Shown here: in pieces, positions 33,831 through 47,389 of the stretch
Layout: every line of letters starts with the position of its first letter
Position numbering within the stretch: the stretch's first letter is position 1
Origin: Octopus bimaculoides
Lineage: Eukaryota
Length of the DNA stretch: 64,000 nt
NCBI RefSeq assembly: GCF_001194135.2
Contig: NC_068995.1
Span: 50,092,852-50,156,851, forward strand
Direction of reading: 5' to 3'
Notes under the pieces: model-generated
Databases searched by the model: none
Told to the model about the DNA's origin: nothing
What the model saw: the letters and a program-made list of their open reading frames with translations, nothing else
Translations under genes and position numbers: made by a program

Positions 33831-36800
33831 ATTGTTACCTCTATCTACTACTACCTTGCTTACTGGTAGATTATTATTAATTGAAACAACTATATTTTGC
33901 GTGTAGACTCAATAAAATACCATATATGATATTGAAATTACAAAAATGTTGTATGAAACATATGTAAACCAAGCTCATTTAATATTATCATACATAAATT
34001 TACATGTAACATCTTTTCTGTGTGAAGGCTTCTGCCTCTAATTGTTATGTACAATGGCTCTGCCACTAAAATTGTTACTAATGAGATTGTTGGTTAAATT
34101 AGTTTAAGATGCTTATACACATTAGCTGAAAATCATTGCCTTGTCAAATTGTTTTTAAGGGCAATTTTGTTGCTGAAATATTGCATCCTGTGAATATTTG
34201 ATCAACAGGAGAAATGATACGCAATGCTAATTTATTAAACCTTTTCTATTTTACTGTCCTGTGATATCTCTAATTTATTATTTGTATTTATTTTTAGTCA
34301 TGCTTTTTTTTTATATTTTATTTAAGTATTTCAATTCTGAGCTGCTGCTAACCTTCACATAAAATGATTTTATCTTGCACCAGTAAACTGTTTACATTTT
34401 TGCAGCAGTTCAACCACTAGGTTCGCCACCCCTTCCTCCAACGAATACCATATACTTGGTATGAAAGCTTTCAGTAATAAGTTGTAGTATCTCTTCCCAA
34501 AACACTTGTAACAAAGCTAAAATAGTCCCTGCTGCCTCTGAACAGAATATTCCCCATCCACCCCACTGACCTTTTACTGCTTTTCTTTCCCCACTCTGTC
34601 TCTTAAAAGCACTTACTAAATCATATTAGTCAGTCTTCCTTTTCTGTAACTTAATTTTTTTTAAAATCTTTAAAATGTTTATTAAAACCACTTCTATTGG
34701 TCGTTTCCCATTTTATCATCATTTAAAAACATATAAGATGTACTTGTTTATTGCCTTGACAGTGTTTACCGTTAGAAAAAAAAAAACAACCCAAAACAAT
34801 TCACCACCTTGGGTTGAAAAGTTGGGCATGCTGGGAAACCTCTCTAATGGCTATTGAGGCACGCCAGCACGCTTGTAGCGTTGCCATGGGTGAAGACAAG
34901 GCTGATGCACTGAAGCATGATTTCCCATGTGTTTGTTACGAACACTGATCTCACCAATTTCACTGTCATTGTTGTTCTTCTAACTAGGAAGAAAAAGGAA
35001 GCACAAGTATTGATTGTCCCCTACTCATATAGATTACTCGAACCAACGAACCAGCCAAGCACCAACACTTTCACTGAAAAGAATTGAGTCACTGGGCTTG
35101 TCATACAGTAATTCTCATGGCCAAGCAATGCTTGGAGTGGACTCCTGCTCTAGCCTTCTGTGAGCTTTGCATTGTGTGTTGCCTTAAAATGGTTATCTAA
35201 GAGAAATTACAAACTAGTCTAACTTCATTATAGAGTGGTAGACATTAAGAATGTTCAACCAGTAAATATTTATTCTACCAGCCCTAGTTTCTTCCAAATA
35301 TATTATGAAAATAACAAATACAAGCCACATATTTCATATTCATTTTTTACATCTTGGTCTGGACGAGGCAGCTGGCTGAAATGTTTTAAAAGTGTTCCAT
35401 GTCTAAAAGCATATCCTAAATACTTTTTATTGTTATTATTTATTGTTCTTATCATTAGGGCAGTGAACGGCGGTGAGTTGGCAGAATTGTTAGCATGCCA
35501 AAATGATTAGTAGTATTTTGTTTATCTTTATGTTCTGAGTTCAAATTCTGCTGAGGTCAACTTTGCCTTCCATCCTCTAGGAGTTGATGAAATAAATACC
35601 AGTTGAACACTGGGTCAATAAAATTGACTTATCTTGTCCCCTGAAAATGCTGGTCCTGTGCCAAAATTTGAAACCATTATTATTAGGGCATTGAGTTTGC
35701 AGAATCAATAGAGCATCAGAAAAATGGTTCTGGTCTTTTAAGTTCTGTCTTCAAGTCTTTCTGCAATTAACTTCACCTTTCAACCGTCCAAGGTTGAAAA
35801 AATATAGCACTAGCCAAACACTGAAGTTGATCTGATCAACTAATCCCTCCCCTCAAAACTAATGGCCTTATGCCTACATCAGAAACTACTATTGCCAGTG
35901 TGGGAGACTGACAGAGCCATAAACATGTCAGATTAAATACGTAGCAGTGTTTGTTCTGACTCTTTACATTCAGGGTTCAAATCCCACAAAGGTCAAGCTT
36001 TATCTTTCATCCCTCTGGGGTTGATGTGACTGTTTCTCTCCCCTAAAAAATTGATAACCTTGTTTCTAAATTAGAAACATTTGATATAACCAATAATAAG
36101 GATTAGCAATGGCCAAATTCGTAGTGTGTCCAAGAAACACTTCTTTGCAGTATTTAGTTAATGTCTCTTCATGTTCCCAGTTCAACTCCAGTCAATGAAA
36201 TAAGCATCAGTCAAGTATTGATTTTTTTTGTTGTTGTCTAAAGCTGCCCCAAAATTTGGGATCCAGTATCTGTGTTAGAAATCATAATTATAATCCTAAT
36301 TATGTTTGTTCCTTGTATTTAACTTGTTCACAATAAACAAAAAAAAAAAAATTTTAACTCTCTCAAACGTGTAGCTTAATTTGGATTAATTCTGAGATTT
36401 TATTTCAATAGCTTTTTCCCCCACAGCCAAATATGACATGTCTATGCCTGTTTTTGTTTTAATGTTTTTTTACATTCTAAGAAGTTTGGAAGATATGTTA
36501 ATTGTTCATCTGTCAAAACTTTTCACTTATTAACATAGGGCACAGGCATGGCCGTGTGGTTAGTAACTTTGCTTTGCAACGGCATCAGCTCTTTTAGACA
36601 ACTGTCTTCTGACACAGCCTTGAGAGTGATCTCTGGTTTGACAGAAGTTGTATCGAATTCTGCTGGAGTGATCATTCATTTTAATCCGTCTTTTGGTGTT
36701 AACTAACTCCACCACCTGACCCATGGTTACCTGTTAGTAGCGTTTACTATGTTGTAAGCATTTGGGTCAGGTTTCCAATTCAAGGAAAACTTTTCTATTT

Positions 36801-37589
36801 ACTCCTCTGATTGTCATTAATAAAAAAAAATTAAAATAAACAAATAAATAAAAAAAATAAAGATAAGAACCCTTCCCCCAAATTCACTTGGAAGTTTTTG
36901 TTACTTTTAAAAGAGCAGCCAAAAAATAAAGAATGAATCAGAACAATATCTTATTGGTTCCAAATCCTTATTGACATAAGGCTGGAGAAAACAGTATGCA
37001 TTTTTTTTTTTTGCTTTATGCATACGGTTTGTGTTGCAGTACCATACCAACAATTCCACCCAATCATTGTGAGAAGGCACTTGTAAGATGGGAATTCTTG
37101 TCACCTCATTTTTCTTTACATGTTCCTATCTGTTATTTGCTGCTGCATCAAACTATTCATTCATGAAAACAAATTTTCTAAATAAACAATTAAAAACCAC
37201 TCTTGTTGCTTTGAATTTTTTTTCTTTTCTATTTTTGTGATATGGTGTAGGCGCAATGGCCCAGTGGTTAGGGCAGTGGCCTCGCAGTCAAAGGATTGCG
37301 GTTTCAATTCCCAGAGCGGGCATTGTGAATGTTTATTGTGCGAAAACACCTAAAGCTCCACGAGGCTCCAGCAGGAGATAGTGGCGAACCCTGCTGTACT
37401 CTTTCACCACAACTTTATCTCACTCTTACTTCCTGTTTCTGTTATGCCTGTAATTCAAAGGGTCAGCTTTGTCACACTGTGTCACGCTGAATATCCCCGA
37501 GAACTACGTTAAGGGTACACGTGTCTGTGGAATGCTCAGCGACTTGCACGTTAATTTCTCGTGCAGGCTGTTCTGTTGATTGGATCAAC

Positions 37590-37771
37590 TGAGCCTGGAC
37601 ATTGGTCAGTTCATGAGGGACTTCTCTACTGCATCTGTTCAAAAGGCCGACCTTATGAAGGTATCGATTGATAGTGCTTTGTGAAGGACCAAGTTCTGCC
37701 AATAGTGTATGAGTGCTTGTGCCATTTCAAGTAAGGTCTCATTTTCCACAACAGAAAGTCTCCCTGACCTT

Positions 37772-37805
<34 letters not shown>

Positions 37806-37900
37806 AGGTTGATGTTACCTTCCTTGAGACATCTGAACCAATTTGTGCCATATGTTTGCCCACAGTCCCTGGGCCTTCTAAGACATTAGTTTCTTTTGCC
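37590..37900 (-). pseudogene. Mariner transposase N-terminal remnant
   Basis: KPRSGRLSVVENETL and ELGPSQSTINRYLHKVGLLNRCSREVPHELT (WVPHEL-like motif); frameshifted, interrupted by poly-T, abuts a SINE C copy. Confidence 0.8.
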
Positions 37901-38429
37901 ACTGCTGTTGCATCCAGCCCTTTTTTTCACAGGTAATGCAAAATGGCTATAATTGCAATTTTTTTCGTTACTCATTATCAATTAGAAAATAAAGAATGAA
38001 CAATGATTGGACAAGTTGAATTAAATTAACGATATAACATGGAGATATAAGCTGTGAAAAAAAAAAAAAAAAAAAATTTGACTCAACTTAGTATTTCTAT
38101 AATGTAGTTTTAGATATACACTATGCCTGAAAATTAGATGGGATGGTCACAACTGGAATAATAGGATTGAATTAATTATGGTTGACGAGGTGTTGATGCC
38201 ATTGCTGCCGATCTAGCTGAAATAACAAAAAAGATTTTAAAATATCTTAAAAGAAAACTAAATATTTTATTGATAAACTCGAATGTGAATGAGTGAATGG
38301 AAAAATGGCTGGAAAATGGAATTTGTTTTTTTGAAATTTAATTTTTTTAATGTGTTTTTTTAATTATCTTCAAATGATGAGTGATGACTTTAGTTCAGTA
38401 ACTCCTCTTCTGTGTCTGTCTTATTTCAT

Positions 38430-38654
38430 TTAATCATCATTGCTGAAGTTAGTGCGCAGAGGTACAATAGCTTGTGAGACATCTTTAGCCATTTCTGACT
38501 GCAGGCTATTGGCTGCATGAGAAAGTTGAAGTGCAGCGTCAGGATGTGCAGTGCCAGGTAACAGTGTGCACTCTCGCTCTAACATCAATGCCATTGCATC
38601 AAGAAGCTCAAGGAATCCAAATGAAAGGGCAGCTCGTCTCAGACGATTCAACTC
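38430..38654 (-). CDS. INTS14: Integrator complex subunit 14, last coding exon (ELNRLRRAALSFGFLELL...LRTNFSNDD*)
   Basis: Closely matches the recalled human INTS14/VWA9 C-terminus ELNRLRKAALAFGFLDLL...MLERECTLLPETAHPDAAFQLTHAA; acceptor tttcattttcag|GAG; AATAAA at ~38270-38265. Confidence 0.95.
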   Translation of the reverse strand, partial: ELNRLRRAALSFGFLELLDAMALMLERECTLLPGTAHPDAALQLSHAANSLQSEMAKDVSQAIVPLRTNFSNDD

Positions 38655-39640
38655 CTGAAAATGAAATTACAATAAGTGAAAATATTCTAATAAAAAGGAA
38701 AAAAAAAAACAAAATGAAATCCGTTAAGCTTATTTCTTGCAAGTGCACAATTAATATATTCTTCTTGTTTTTAATTTAATTTTTCCTTTTACAACTATTT
38801 TACTACATTAAACATGGGTTGAGTGGTTCTGAAAATTTAGACATTTGTCAGGAACACATACCTAGCAATTGAATCTCCTTCATAAAGCTTAACTGTTCAA
38901 CCTGAAAGTAAGAATATTTCCACATGATACTGATGTGTGCTGTGCCTCCCCATGTCTCACAAAAGCCAGTCATGTTTGAAATCAAGTTTTGAAGTCACTT
39001 TTAGATCAGCTATCCGGCACTTTAACTATTCTGAATGTCTGAAGCTTATTCTTACAAGACAAAGGGCTTAAAATGTGTGGTTTCAATATCTACGATGGTA
39101 AGAAGGGATTCTTTTGTTGTCTTGTCAATATATTTCTGTAAAAAATATACTGCCTTTGGTTTAATTAATTTTGAAAATATTCAAGAATTTATAAAAATAA
39201 CTTAACCATTAAAAGGATAAAGACGCTCTTTGGTCAAGAATGTCCATGGGATTGCACCTAGAAAGTAAACCCTCTGAGGCACAAGTCCAGGCAAGATTGT
39301 TAATAGAAGACCAACAATCTCCCATTCATATCAGTCTCCCGTCTCCACACCACCGATCTTATCCAAAGGGAAGGCAAAGGCTGATACAGCTTGGCACCAT
39401 TCAGATGAGGAATATATACACCATAAAACCGACCCTTATGAGCTAGTATGACTCAAGAATGTAACTCTACTTTGCTTTTTTCAAGTCATCTCTATTACCC
39501 TCTCGAATAAGTTCCCACTCAACGTGTTATTGTTCCTAGGTAAAGTGATCTGTTCATTTGATATTTTTCTGTGTTTGTGAGTGTATGTGTACTGTTACAA
39601 GTATGTTTTACTTGGGAAGAAAAAATAGTGGATTTCGTTT

Positions 39641-40152
39641 GTTGCCAGTGCCCCTGGACTGGCTCTTGTGCAGGTGGCACATAAAATACACCATTTTGAG
39701 TGTGGCTGTTGCCAGTACCACCTGACTGGCCTTTGTAGGATTTTCGAGCGAGATCGTTGCCAGTGCCCCCGGACTGGCTCTTGTGCGGGTGGCACATAAA
39801 ATACACCATTCTGAGCATGGCCGTTGCCAGTACCGCCTGACTAGCCTTCGTAGGATTTTCGAGCGAGATCGTTGCCAGTGCCCCCGGACTGGCTCCTGTG
39901 CAGGTGGCACATAAAATACACCATTCTGAGCGTGGCCGTTGTCAGTACCGCCTGACTGGCCTTCGTGCGGGTGACACGTAAAAGCACCCACTACACTCTC
40001 TGAGTGGTTGGCGTTAGGAAGGGCATCCAGCTGTAGAATCTCTGCGAAATCAGATTGGAGCCTGGTGTTGCCATCCGGTTTCACCAGTCCTCAGTCAAAT
40101 CGTCCAACCCATGCTAGCATGGAAAGCGGACGTTAAACGATGATGATGATGA
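39641..40152 (+). mobile_element. SINE family D copy with an internal ~115-bp segment repeated three times
   Basis: Three units starting gttgccagtgcccc at ~39641, ~39756 and ~39871, then the family D 3' end ending in gatgatgat. Confidence 0.8.
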
Positions 40153-41310
40153 TTGTCACTCAAGTTTATATGATATACACAACAGATTTGTTATTTTCGC
40201 TCTCACCCATGGCCAATCTTCCTCAAAATTTACTGACAATGTCTGTATTATTATGATACAGTCATGCTTTACCTGTTTAAATTTTCACACACTCTAAAGA
40301 ATATCAAAACAATTTTTTTTGTCTACAGACCTACATATCAACTGAACTATGTTCAATTCCTCCTATCACACTTACGTACACACAAAGTCCAAGGACAACA
40401 AGAGAATGTTTGTCATGTATTTCTATAGATGTTATCAGTTAAGTACGTTAACAACAGCTGGCTGCACGCATCACAGTAACGAACCAAACAGGAATTCTCT
40501 CTTTTGTAGCTCAACTTTCTAGAAGTAGCAGCTAAACTGCCTTCAAGCTAACCCCCATCATCTTAAAAAAAAAAAAGAAGAAAGCACATACTGGATAGTG
40601 TAGTCCTGAGTAGACTATGTGTGAAGAAATGCTTTAAAAGTGAGAATACAGGATGGTTGTGGCTGGAATACCTTTAATCAATAGGACTGTTTTATCAGAG
40701 TTGATTTAGGATTTAAACAGCAGCAACAATTACACAGGTAAAAATATAGGTCATGTAAGTCTTACTGGTGTCTCTCTCTTACTGATAGACAAACTGCCCC
40801 TCACCTTAGGGTCCAATATTTTTTGGACTACTACAATATACAATCTCCTTTGATAATATAAAAAGGATTAATGTCATCATGACATACCAAGGTCCATTCA
40901 TTATTACATCGACTGCATTGACAAAATGTCAATTTTTAAAAACTTAAACATAAATATCAAATATAAGAGAGTGAGAGAGAGAAGAAGTAAAGAAAAAAGA
41001 AATGTTGACAGTTGGTCTAAACAACCTGTTTTTCTTTCAGTTTATTTAGGTTAAAAACACACACAAAAGAAAAAGAAAACCTAACAACCAATGAGGTAAA
41101 TGTATACTGGCAAGTGGCTTTAGATAATTATAAATGTAAACTTGATATCCTTGTTTGCAATAGAAAAAGAAATATAATCACCACCAACCACGTATTCATC
41201 CTCTGAGTGACACACCATACAAATAACAAATACCAGGAGAGAGAGAGAGAGAGGGAGGGAGAGAGAGAGAGAGCAGCTTTGCTTTAGATAAGAATGAAAG
41301 ACAAGTACCT

Positions 41311-41343
<33 letters not shown>

Positions 41344-41862
41344 GAGTAAAAATAAATACAAAAAAGGTGGGTTTTTTGTATGATTGTGTATAGAGGAATA
41401 TATTATTTTGTTTAAAAGAGTTCCAACACTGTCTGTTTTTTATGTTTTATTTATATTCCTGCAGAACTAATGTGGGGTATAGAATATGGAATATANNNNN
41501 NNNNNNNNNNNNNNNNNNNNNNNNNNNNNNNNNNNNNNNNNNNNNNNNNNNNNNNNNNNNNNNNNNNNNNNNNNNNNNNNNNNNNNNNNNNNNNNNNNNN
41601 NNNNNNNNNNNNNNNNNNNNNNNNNNNNNNNNNNNNNNNNNNNNNNNNNNNNNNNNNNNNNNNNNNNNNNNNNNNNNNNNNNNNNNNNNNNNNNNNNNNN
41701 NNNNNNNNNNNNNNNNNNNNNNNNNNNNNNNNNNNNNNNNNNNNNNNNNNNNNNNNNNNNNNNNNNNNNNNNNNNNNNNNNNNNNNNNNNNNNNNNNNNN
41801 NNNNNNNNNNNNNNNNNNNNNNNNNNNNNNNNNNNNNNNNNNNNNNNNNNTATATATATATC

Positions 41863-42009
41863 ATCATCATCATCATCGTTTAACGTCCGCTTTCCATGCT
41901 AGCATGGGTTGGACGATTTGATTGAGGACTGGTGAAACCGGATGGCAACACCAGGCTCCAATCTAATTTGGCAGAGTTTCTACAGCTGGATGCCCTTCCT
42001 AACGCCAAC

Positions 42010-42049
<40 letters not shown>

Positions 42050-42450
42050 CGTCATTTAACATCCACTTTCAGACTTTCAGTGTTGGCATGGGTTGGATGG
42101 TTTGATAAGGAGCTGTGCACACTCCAATTGTCTGTTGCGGCATGGTTTCTATGGCTGGATGGATAGAATTCATTGATGCCATCACCAGTTCGATGCCAAA
42201 TATGTTTTCACAGAAGATTAGAAACAACGAACACCACTAGTATGACGGTGATGTTTGTTTATAACCCATGCCAGCAGCTGGCACGAAAAGGCACCCACTA
42301 CACTCTCGTAGTGGTTGGCGTTAGGAAGGGCATCCAGCTGTAGAAACTCTGCGAAATCAGATTGGAGCCTGGTGTAGCCATCCGGTTGCACCAGTCCTCA
42401 GTCAAATCGTCCAACCCATGCAAAGCGGACGTTAAACGATGATGATGATG
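41863..42450. mobile_element. Two near-identical SINE family D 3' ends in inverted orientation
   Basis: 41863-42010 (-) is the reverse complement of ~42310-42450 (+). Confidence 0.85.
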
Positions 42451-42496
42451 ATGATACATATTATATATATTATCAATATATATATATATATTATCA

Positions 42497-42530
<34 letters not shown>

Positions 42531-42817
42531 NNNNNNNNNNNNNNNNNNNNNNNNNNNNNNNNNNNNNNNNNNNNNNNNNNNNNNNNNNNNNNNNNNNNNN
42601 NNNNNNNNNNNNNNNNNNNNNNNNNNNNNNNNNNNNNNNNNNNNNNNNNNNNNNNNNNNNNNNNNNNNNNNNNNNNNNNNNNNNNNNNNNNNNNNNNNNN
42701 NNNNNNNNNNNNNNNNNNNNNNNNNNNNNNNNNNNNNNNNNNNNNNNNNNNNNNNNNNNNNNNNNNNNNNNNNNNNNNNNNNNNNNNNNNNNNNNNNNNN
42801 NNNNNNNNNNNNNNNNN

Positions 42818-42858
<41 letters not shown>

Positions 42859-42889
42859 AATATATATATATCAATATATACTCTTTATT

Positions 42890-43320
42890 CTTTTATCAGT
42901 TTCAGTCATTTGACTGCGGCCATGCTGGAGCACTGCCTTAGAGGGTTTTAGTCGAAGAAATCGACCCCCCAGCACTTATTCTTTGTAAGCCTAATACTTG
43001 TTCTACTGGTCTCTTTTATTGAGCCACTAAGTTATGGTGACGTAAACACATCAACATTGGTTGTCAAGTGATGGTGGGAGAGACAAACACAGACACAAAG
43101 CTATAAATATAAACACACACATGAATACACACACACACACATGCATATATACAATGGGCTCCTTTCAGTTTCTGTCTACCAAATCCACTCACAAGGTTTT
43201 GGTTGGTTTGAGGCTATAGTAGAAAACACTTACGCAAGGTGCCATGCAGTGGGACTGAACCCGGCAACATGTGGTTGGGAACTAAGCTTCTTACCACACA
43301 GCCATGCTTGTGCTTATATA
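42890..43320 (-). mobile_element. SINE family A, near full length
   Basis: Same layout as 47390-47780 (-) and 60552-60905 (+). Confidence 0.8.
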
Positions 43321-43915
43321 GATGCCATGCTTGAGTAGAAGACCCATCAAGCCAAGTGAAACCATAGCCGTAGCAGACACTGGTGCCATGCAACTGGCAC
43401 CAATGCTGGTGGCATGTAAAAGCACCCATTACACTCTTGGAGTGGTTGGCATCAGGAAGAGCATCCAGTCGTAGAAGCCATGTCAAATCAGACTGGAGAC
43501 TGGTGCAGCCCCTCAGCTTACCAGTCCAACCCATGCCAGCATGGACAACAGACATTAAAAAGATGGTTATGATAATATATATCAATATCAGTATGTGCAT
43601 GCGTGTGCAAGCATGTGTGTGTGTGTATGCATGTGTGTGCATATGTGAGTGTATTTACAGATGTTTTGCTGAAGTTGCGTGCTACACAATGGTGGTGGTG
43701 TCATTTTCCCAGTTAGCAAATCATCTGCTGACTTTAAGCATGTGTAGACATGTGAAATAAGATATCTTTTACTTGTAAAAATGCCTCATCGAGATATTCA
43801 TCTAACTCATGCTAGTAATGAATGAATATATATATGTATACCCTTCTCCCTTAGTATAAATCTATGAAGATGAGACTTGAATATTCATAAAATAATAGTT
43901 AATATGCATATTCAC

Positions 43916-43981
43916 CTTATAGAATTGCTGTTGTTTATCTGGCAGTTTTCTAGCATGGCGCAAAACTTTTTGTAGGTCAGC
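43916..43981 (-). CDS. INTS14: Integrator complex subunit 14, penultimate coding exon (ADLQKVLRHARKLPDKQQQFYK)
   Basis: 66 nt, phase 0/0, tatttatttatag|GCT...AAG|gtgaat; matches human TDVQKILRNARKLPEKTQTFYK and joins the flanking exons in frame. Not in the ORF track. Confidence 0.95.
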
Positions 43982-44289
43982 CTATAAATAAATAGAAGAA
44001 AGAAGCAAGTTTATTGTTAATACTAGTGGGAGAAAAACAACCAATAACAGCAAGAATGTTAATAGCAATAACAACAGTAGCTACAATAATATGCTCATGG
44101 AGGGAGATATAAATATGGTTGCTCAACCTGCAAGAAACTGTAGCTAAATCTCACTCATATCATAACTTACCATCTTAAAAAAAAATGCACTGATTTTTAG
44201 GTCATGAAAACCTAGAAACTTTTGAGAGAAGATGAAATAAATCATTTTTAACATTTGAACTTAAAGCAGATGAAGCTTGAGATAAAGGC

Positions 44290-44715
44290 TTCAAATTTTG
44301 GCACAAGTTGTTGGGGAGGTGGATGGTTGATAAAATTGACCCCAGTACTCAAATGGCACTTATATTATTGACCCCGAAAGAGATGAAAGGCAAAGTTGAC
44401 CTCAGCAGAATTTGAACTCAGAACGTAAAGTCGGATGAAATGCCATTAAGCATTTTGTTCGATGCGCTAACAATTCTGCCAGCTCGCCACCTTAGATAAC
44501 TTTTTCAAATTTTTGCACAATACCAGCAGCTTCAGGGAGGGGGGTAAGTCAATTACACCAACCCCAGTAGTCAACTGGTACTTATTTTATCGAGCCCGAA
44601 TTGGATGAAAGGCAAAGCCGCCCTCGGTGGAATTTGAACTGAGAACATAAAGACAGATGAAATGCCACTACGTATTTTGCCCAGCATGCTAATGCTTCTG
44701 CCAAGTCACTGCCTC
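44290..44715 (-). mobile_element. Two tandem SINE family B copies
   Basis: ggatgaaaggcaaag...gaatttgaact...ctgcca blocks occur twice. Confidence 0.8.
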
Positions 44716-45102
44716 AATAAAGCTATAAGTAATAGTGTGTAAATATTAGGTCAAAAACCCTTTGGATAAAAAAATAAAGTAAAAAACTGCCTGTGGATAG
44801 AGAAATTGAAAAGACTACTTTGGTCCAATAGTAGAACATCTGTCATGTTTATAGATATGGGTTTGTGTTCCATGGGCAGCCTTCAACTTTTTCTATCCAC
44901 AAGGGATTTTTAACCCAAAATTTACATACTATTATTTGTAGTTATGAGCAGTGAGTGTTATTTCTTTATTGCTTATGCTCGAAATGTATAGGAAATGGCT
45001 ATTATTTTCTTTAAACTTTGCTTTTGCAATCCCAGTAACAACATTTTGATACTACAATATTCTACAACATTCTAGATAGATTCAATGCTGAATAGACAAG
45101 AC

Positions 45103-45480
45103 AGAATTTTCTAGAACTTTCAAGCATAGTCTAGAATTTTCTAGAACTTTCAAGAACAGTGTAGAATCTACTAGAACTTCCAAGAATAGTCTGGAATACT
45201 CTAGAACTTTCAAAAAATAGTTTGGAATTGAACTTGAACTGTTTAAAATTCTCTAGAAGTTTCAAGAACAGTCTAGAATTTACTAGAACTTTCAAGAATA
45301 GTCTAGAATTTACTAGAACTTTCAAAAATAGTCTAGGATTTACTAGAACTTTCAAGAATAGTCTGGAATATTCTAGAACTTTTGAACTAGAACAGTTTAA
45401 AATTCCCTAGAACTTTCAAGAACAGTCTAGAATTTACTAGAACTTTCAAGAATAGTCTGGAATACTCTAGAACTTTTGAA
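45103..45480. repeat. 30-bp minisatellite composed of heat-shock-element pentamers
   Basis: Unit ~ TAGAATTTACTAGAACTTTCAAGAATAGTC; GAA recurs every 10 bp; perfect GAAttTTCtaGAActTTCaaGAA at 45134-45156; partial copy at 46671-46739. Confidence 0.9.
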
Positions 45481-47255
45481 GCAATCACAAGGTAGAAAAT
45501 TACATGGATCTGGTTGAGACTCCGATGAAAAACTGCAGCAGAATAGGCAGCAAGATGTCCCTGATAAATTGAAGGAAAACATGGGAGAATACTAAGGGAA
45601 TACTAAGCGTTTCTACCAGAATATGCTAGACTTAGAAGTCATTGCTAAGAAGTATTTAAAGAAAAATATGATGGCAGACTAATTTTGAGGGTTGATACAT
45701 AAAAGACCTCAAAAATGAAATCTTGCAAATCTACCCATTTCTTAACTCTAATGTTTGCTTTTATACAACTTAACTATAAATATGTTAAATTTGATTTATA
45801 TGTTGTTGTTTTTTTTTCTGAAAAATGTGCAAACACACAAGCAATGTGTAAATAAAAAGGAATAAAAAGTGGGTTACATAGTTTAATCTGATCCTTGATA
45901 CGTTAGTTGAAACATTAGCTGAAAGACAAAAACACATACTGTGGTAACAGTTGGAATGCTTTTCAAATCATAGCTCTTCTTGATCAAAGCTGACCTGGGG
46001 TTATATCAACCAGCAACAACAATAAGCAAAATACAGCCAAAGATAATTGTTGATATGACATGTAAATGTTTAGAAATTCAACAAAAAGTAAATATTTAGA
46101 CAGTTACTAAGATGTACGTAGAAGGGAGGGAAATGACAGGCTGATTAAAGGAAGAAAAATAACACAAATACAAAAAGAAGAAAAATCCTGCAGAACAAAG
46201 GGAAGAGACAGTGGTCTAAGTTAAGTAGTGAGGTGGGATGAAGGAGGCTGTAAGACAAGATAGAAGGAGGGAGGGTGGAAAGAAATGATAGGTTAACACT
46301 GAAGAATCTAATTGTATGTTAGTGAAGGATATAATTTACTAAATATTTTAAATTTCAGTTGTAAGTTGACCAAGTTAAAAATGTCCTGGGGAGATGATCC
46401 ATAAACTTAGCAAATTGGGTGTTGCCAAGCCCTAAAATTCACTCTATAATTGCCCATGGGCATATAGCGTAATGGTTATGCGTGTGGACTACTAACCCCA
46501 AGATTCCGAGTTCAATTCCAGGCAGTGCCTTGAATAAATAAATAAATAATAATAATAATAATAATAACATCAGCAAAAAAATACCTTAGGAATGAGAACC
46601 CAGGGTTGGGTTCAAAATTCTACCAGGAAACCTGATGAAGGCTGGAGAGTAAATAATGTAAATGATGTACAGAACTTTTGAACTAGAACAGTTTAAAATT
46701 CCCGAGAACTTTCAAGAACAGTCTAGAATTTACTAGAACATAATAGGTGCAGGCATGGCTGTATGGTGTAGTAAGAAGCTTGCTTCTCAACTACATAGTT
46801 CCAGGTTCAGTCCCACTGCACGGTACCTTGGGCAAGTGTCTTTTACAATAGCCTCAGGCCGACCAAAGCCTTGGGAGTGGATGGAAACTGAAAGAAGCCC
46901 GTCATATATATATGTGTCATAAAGCCTGCTGCTAGGTTGCTTGTGTTTGATTTACATGTTTTCTGTTTTTTATTCTAAGGTAGGGGGATGTGATTTGGTA
47001 GGGGGTAGATTTGTTTGATATTCCGGGCAGGTGAAACGAATGCATAAAGTCTTCAAAACTGGCTTGGGTTCCATTGTTACTATTTGTATTTCTCACATTA
47101 CATTATATTTACATCTTTTAGTTAAGCAAATTTTCTTTCTCATTTCTTTTTGTTTCATTTGCAATTGAAATAAACCTGAATGACTTGCTGTCAGGTGTTA
47201 ACAAAGATGCCATTGCAAAGCATTCACTTAATATTTTTTTCCCTTGAGCCGTGTG

Positions 47256-47286
<31 letters not shown>

Positions 47287-47389
47287 TCTATTCAGGGCAA
47301 CAAAAACATATGTGACCATCACCTGCCTTGGCTGAGACTACTACTGAGTCACCATAACCACCCCTGCCATCATCATCATCATTTACTCT

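Noticed and set aside
39608-40084. 158-aa repetitive ORF
   Set aside because: It is the antisense translation of a SINE with internal tandem repeats.
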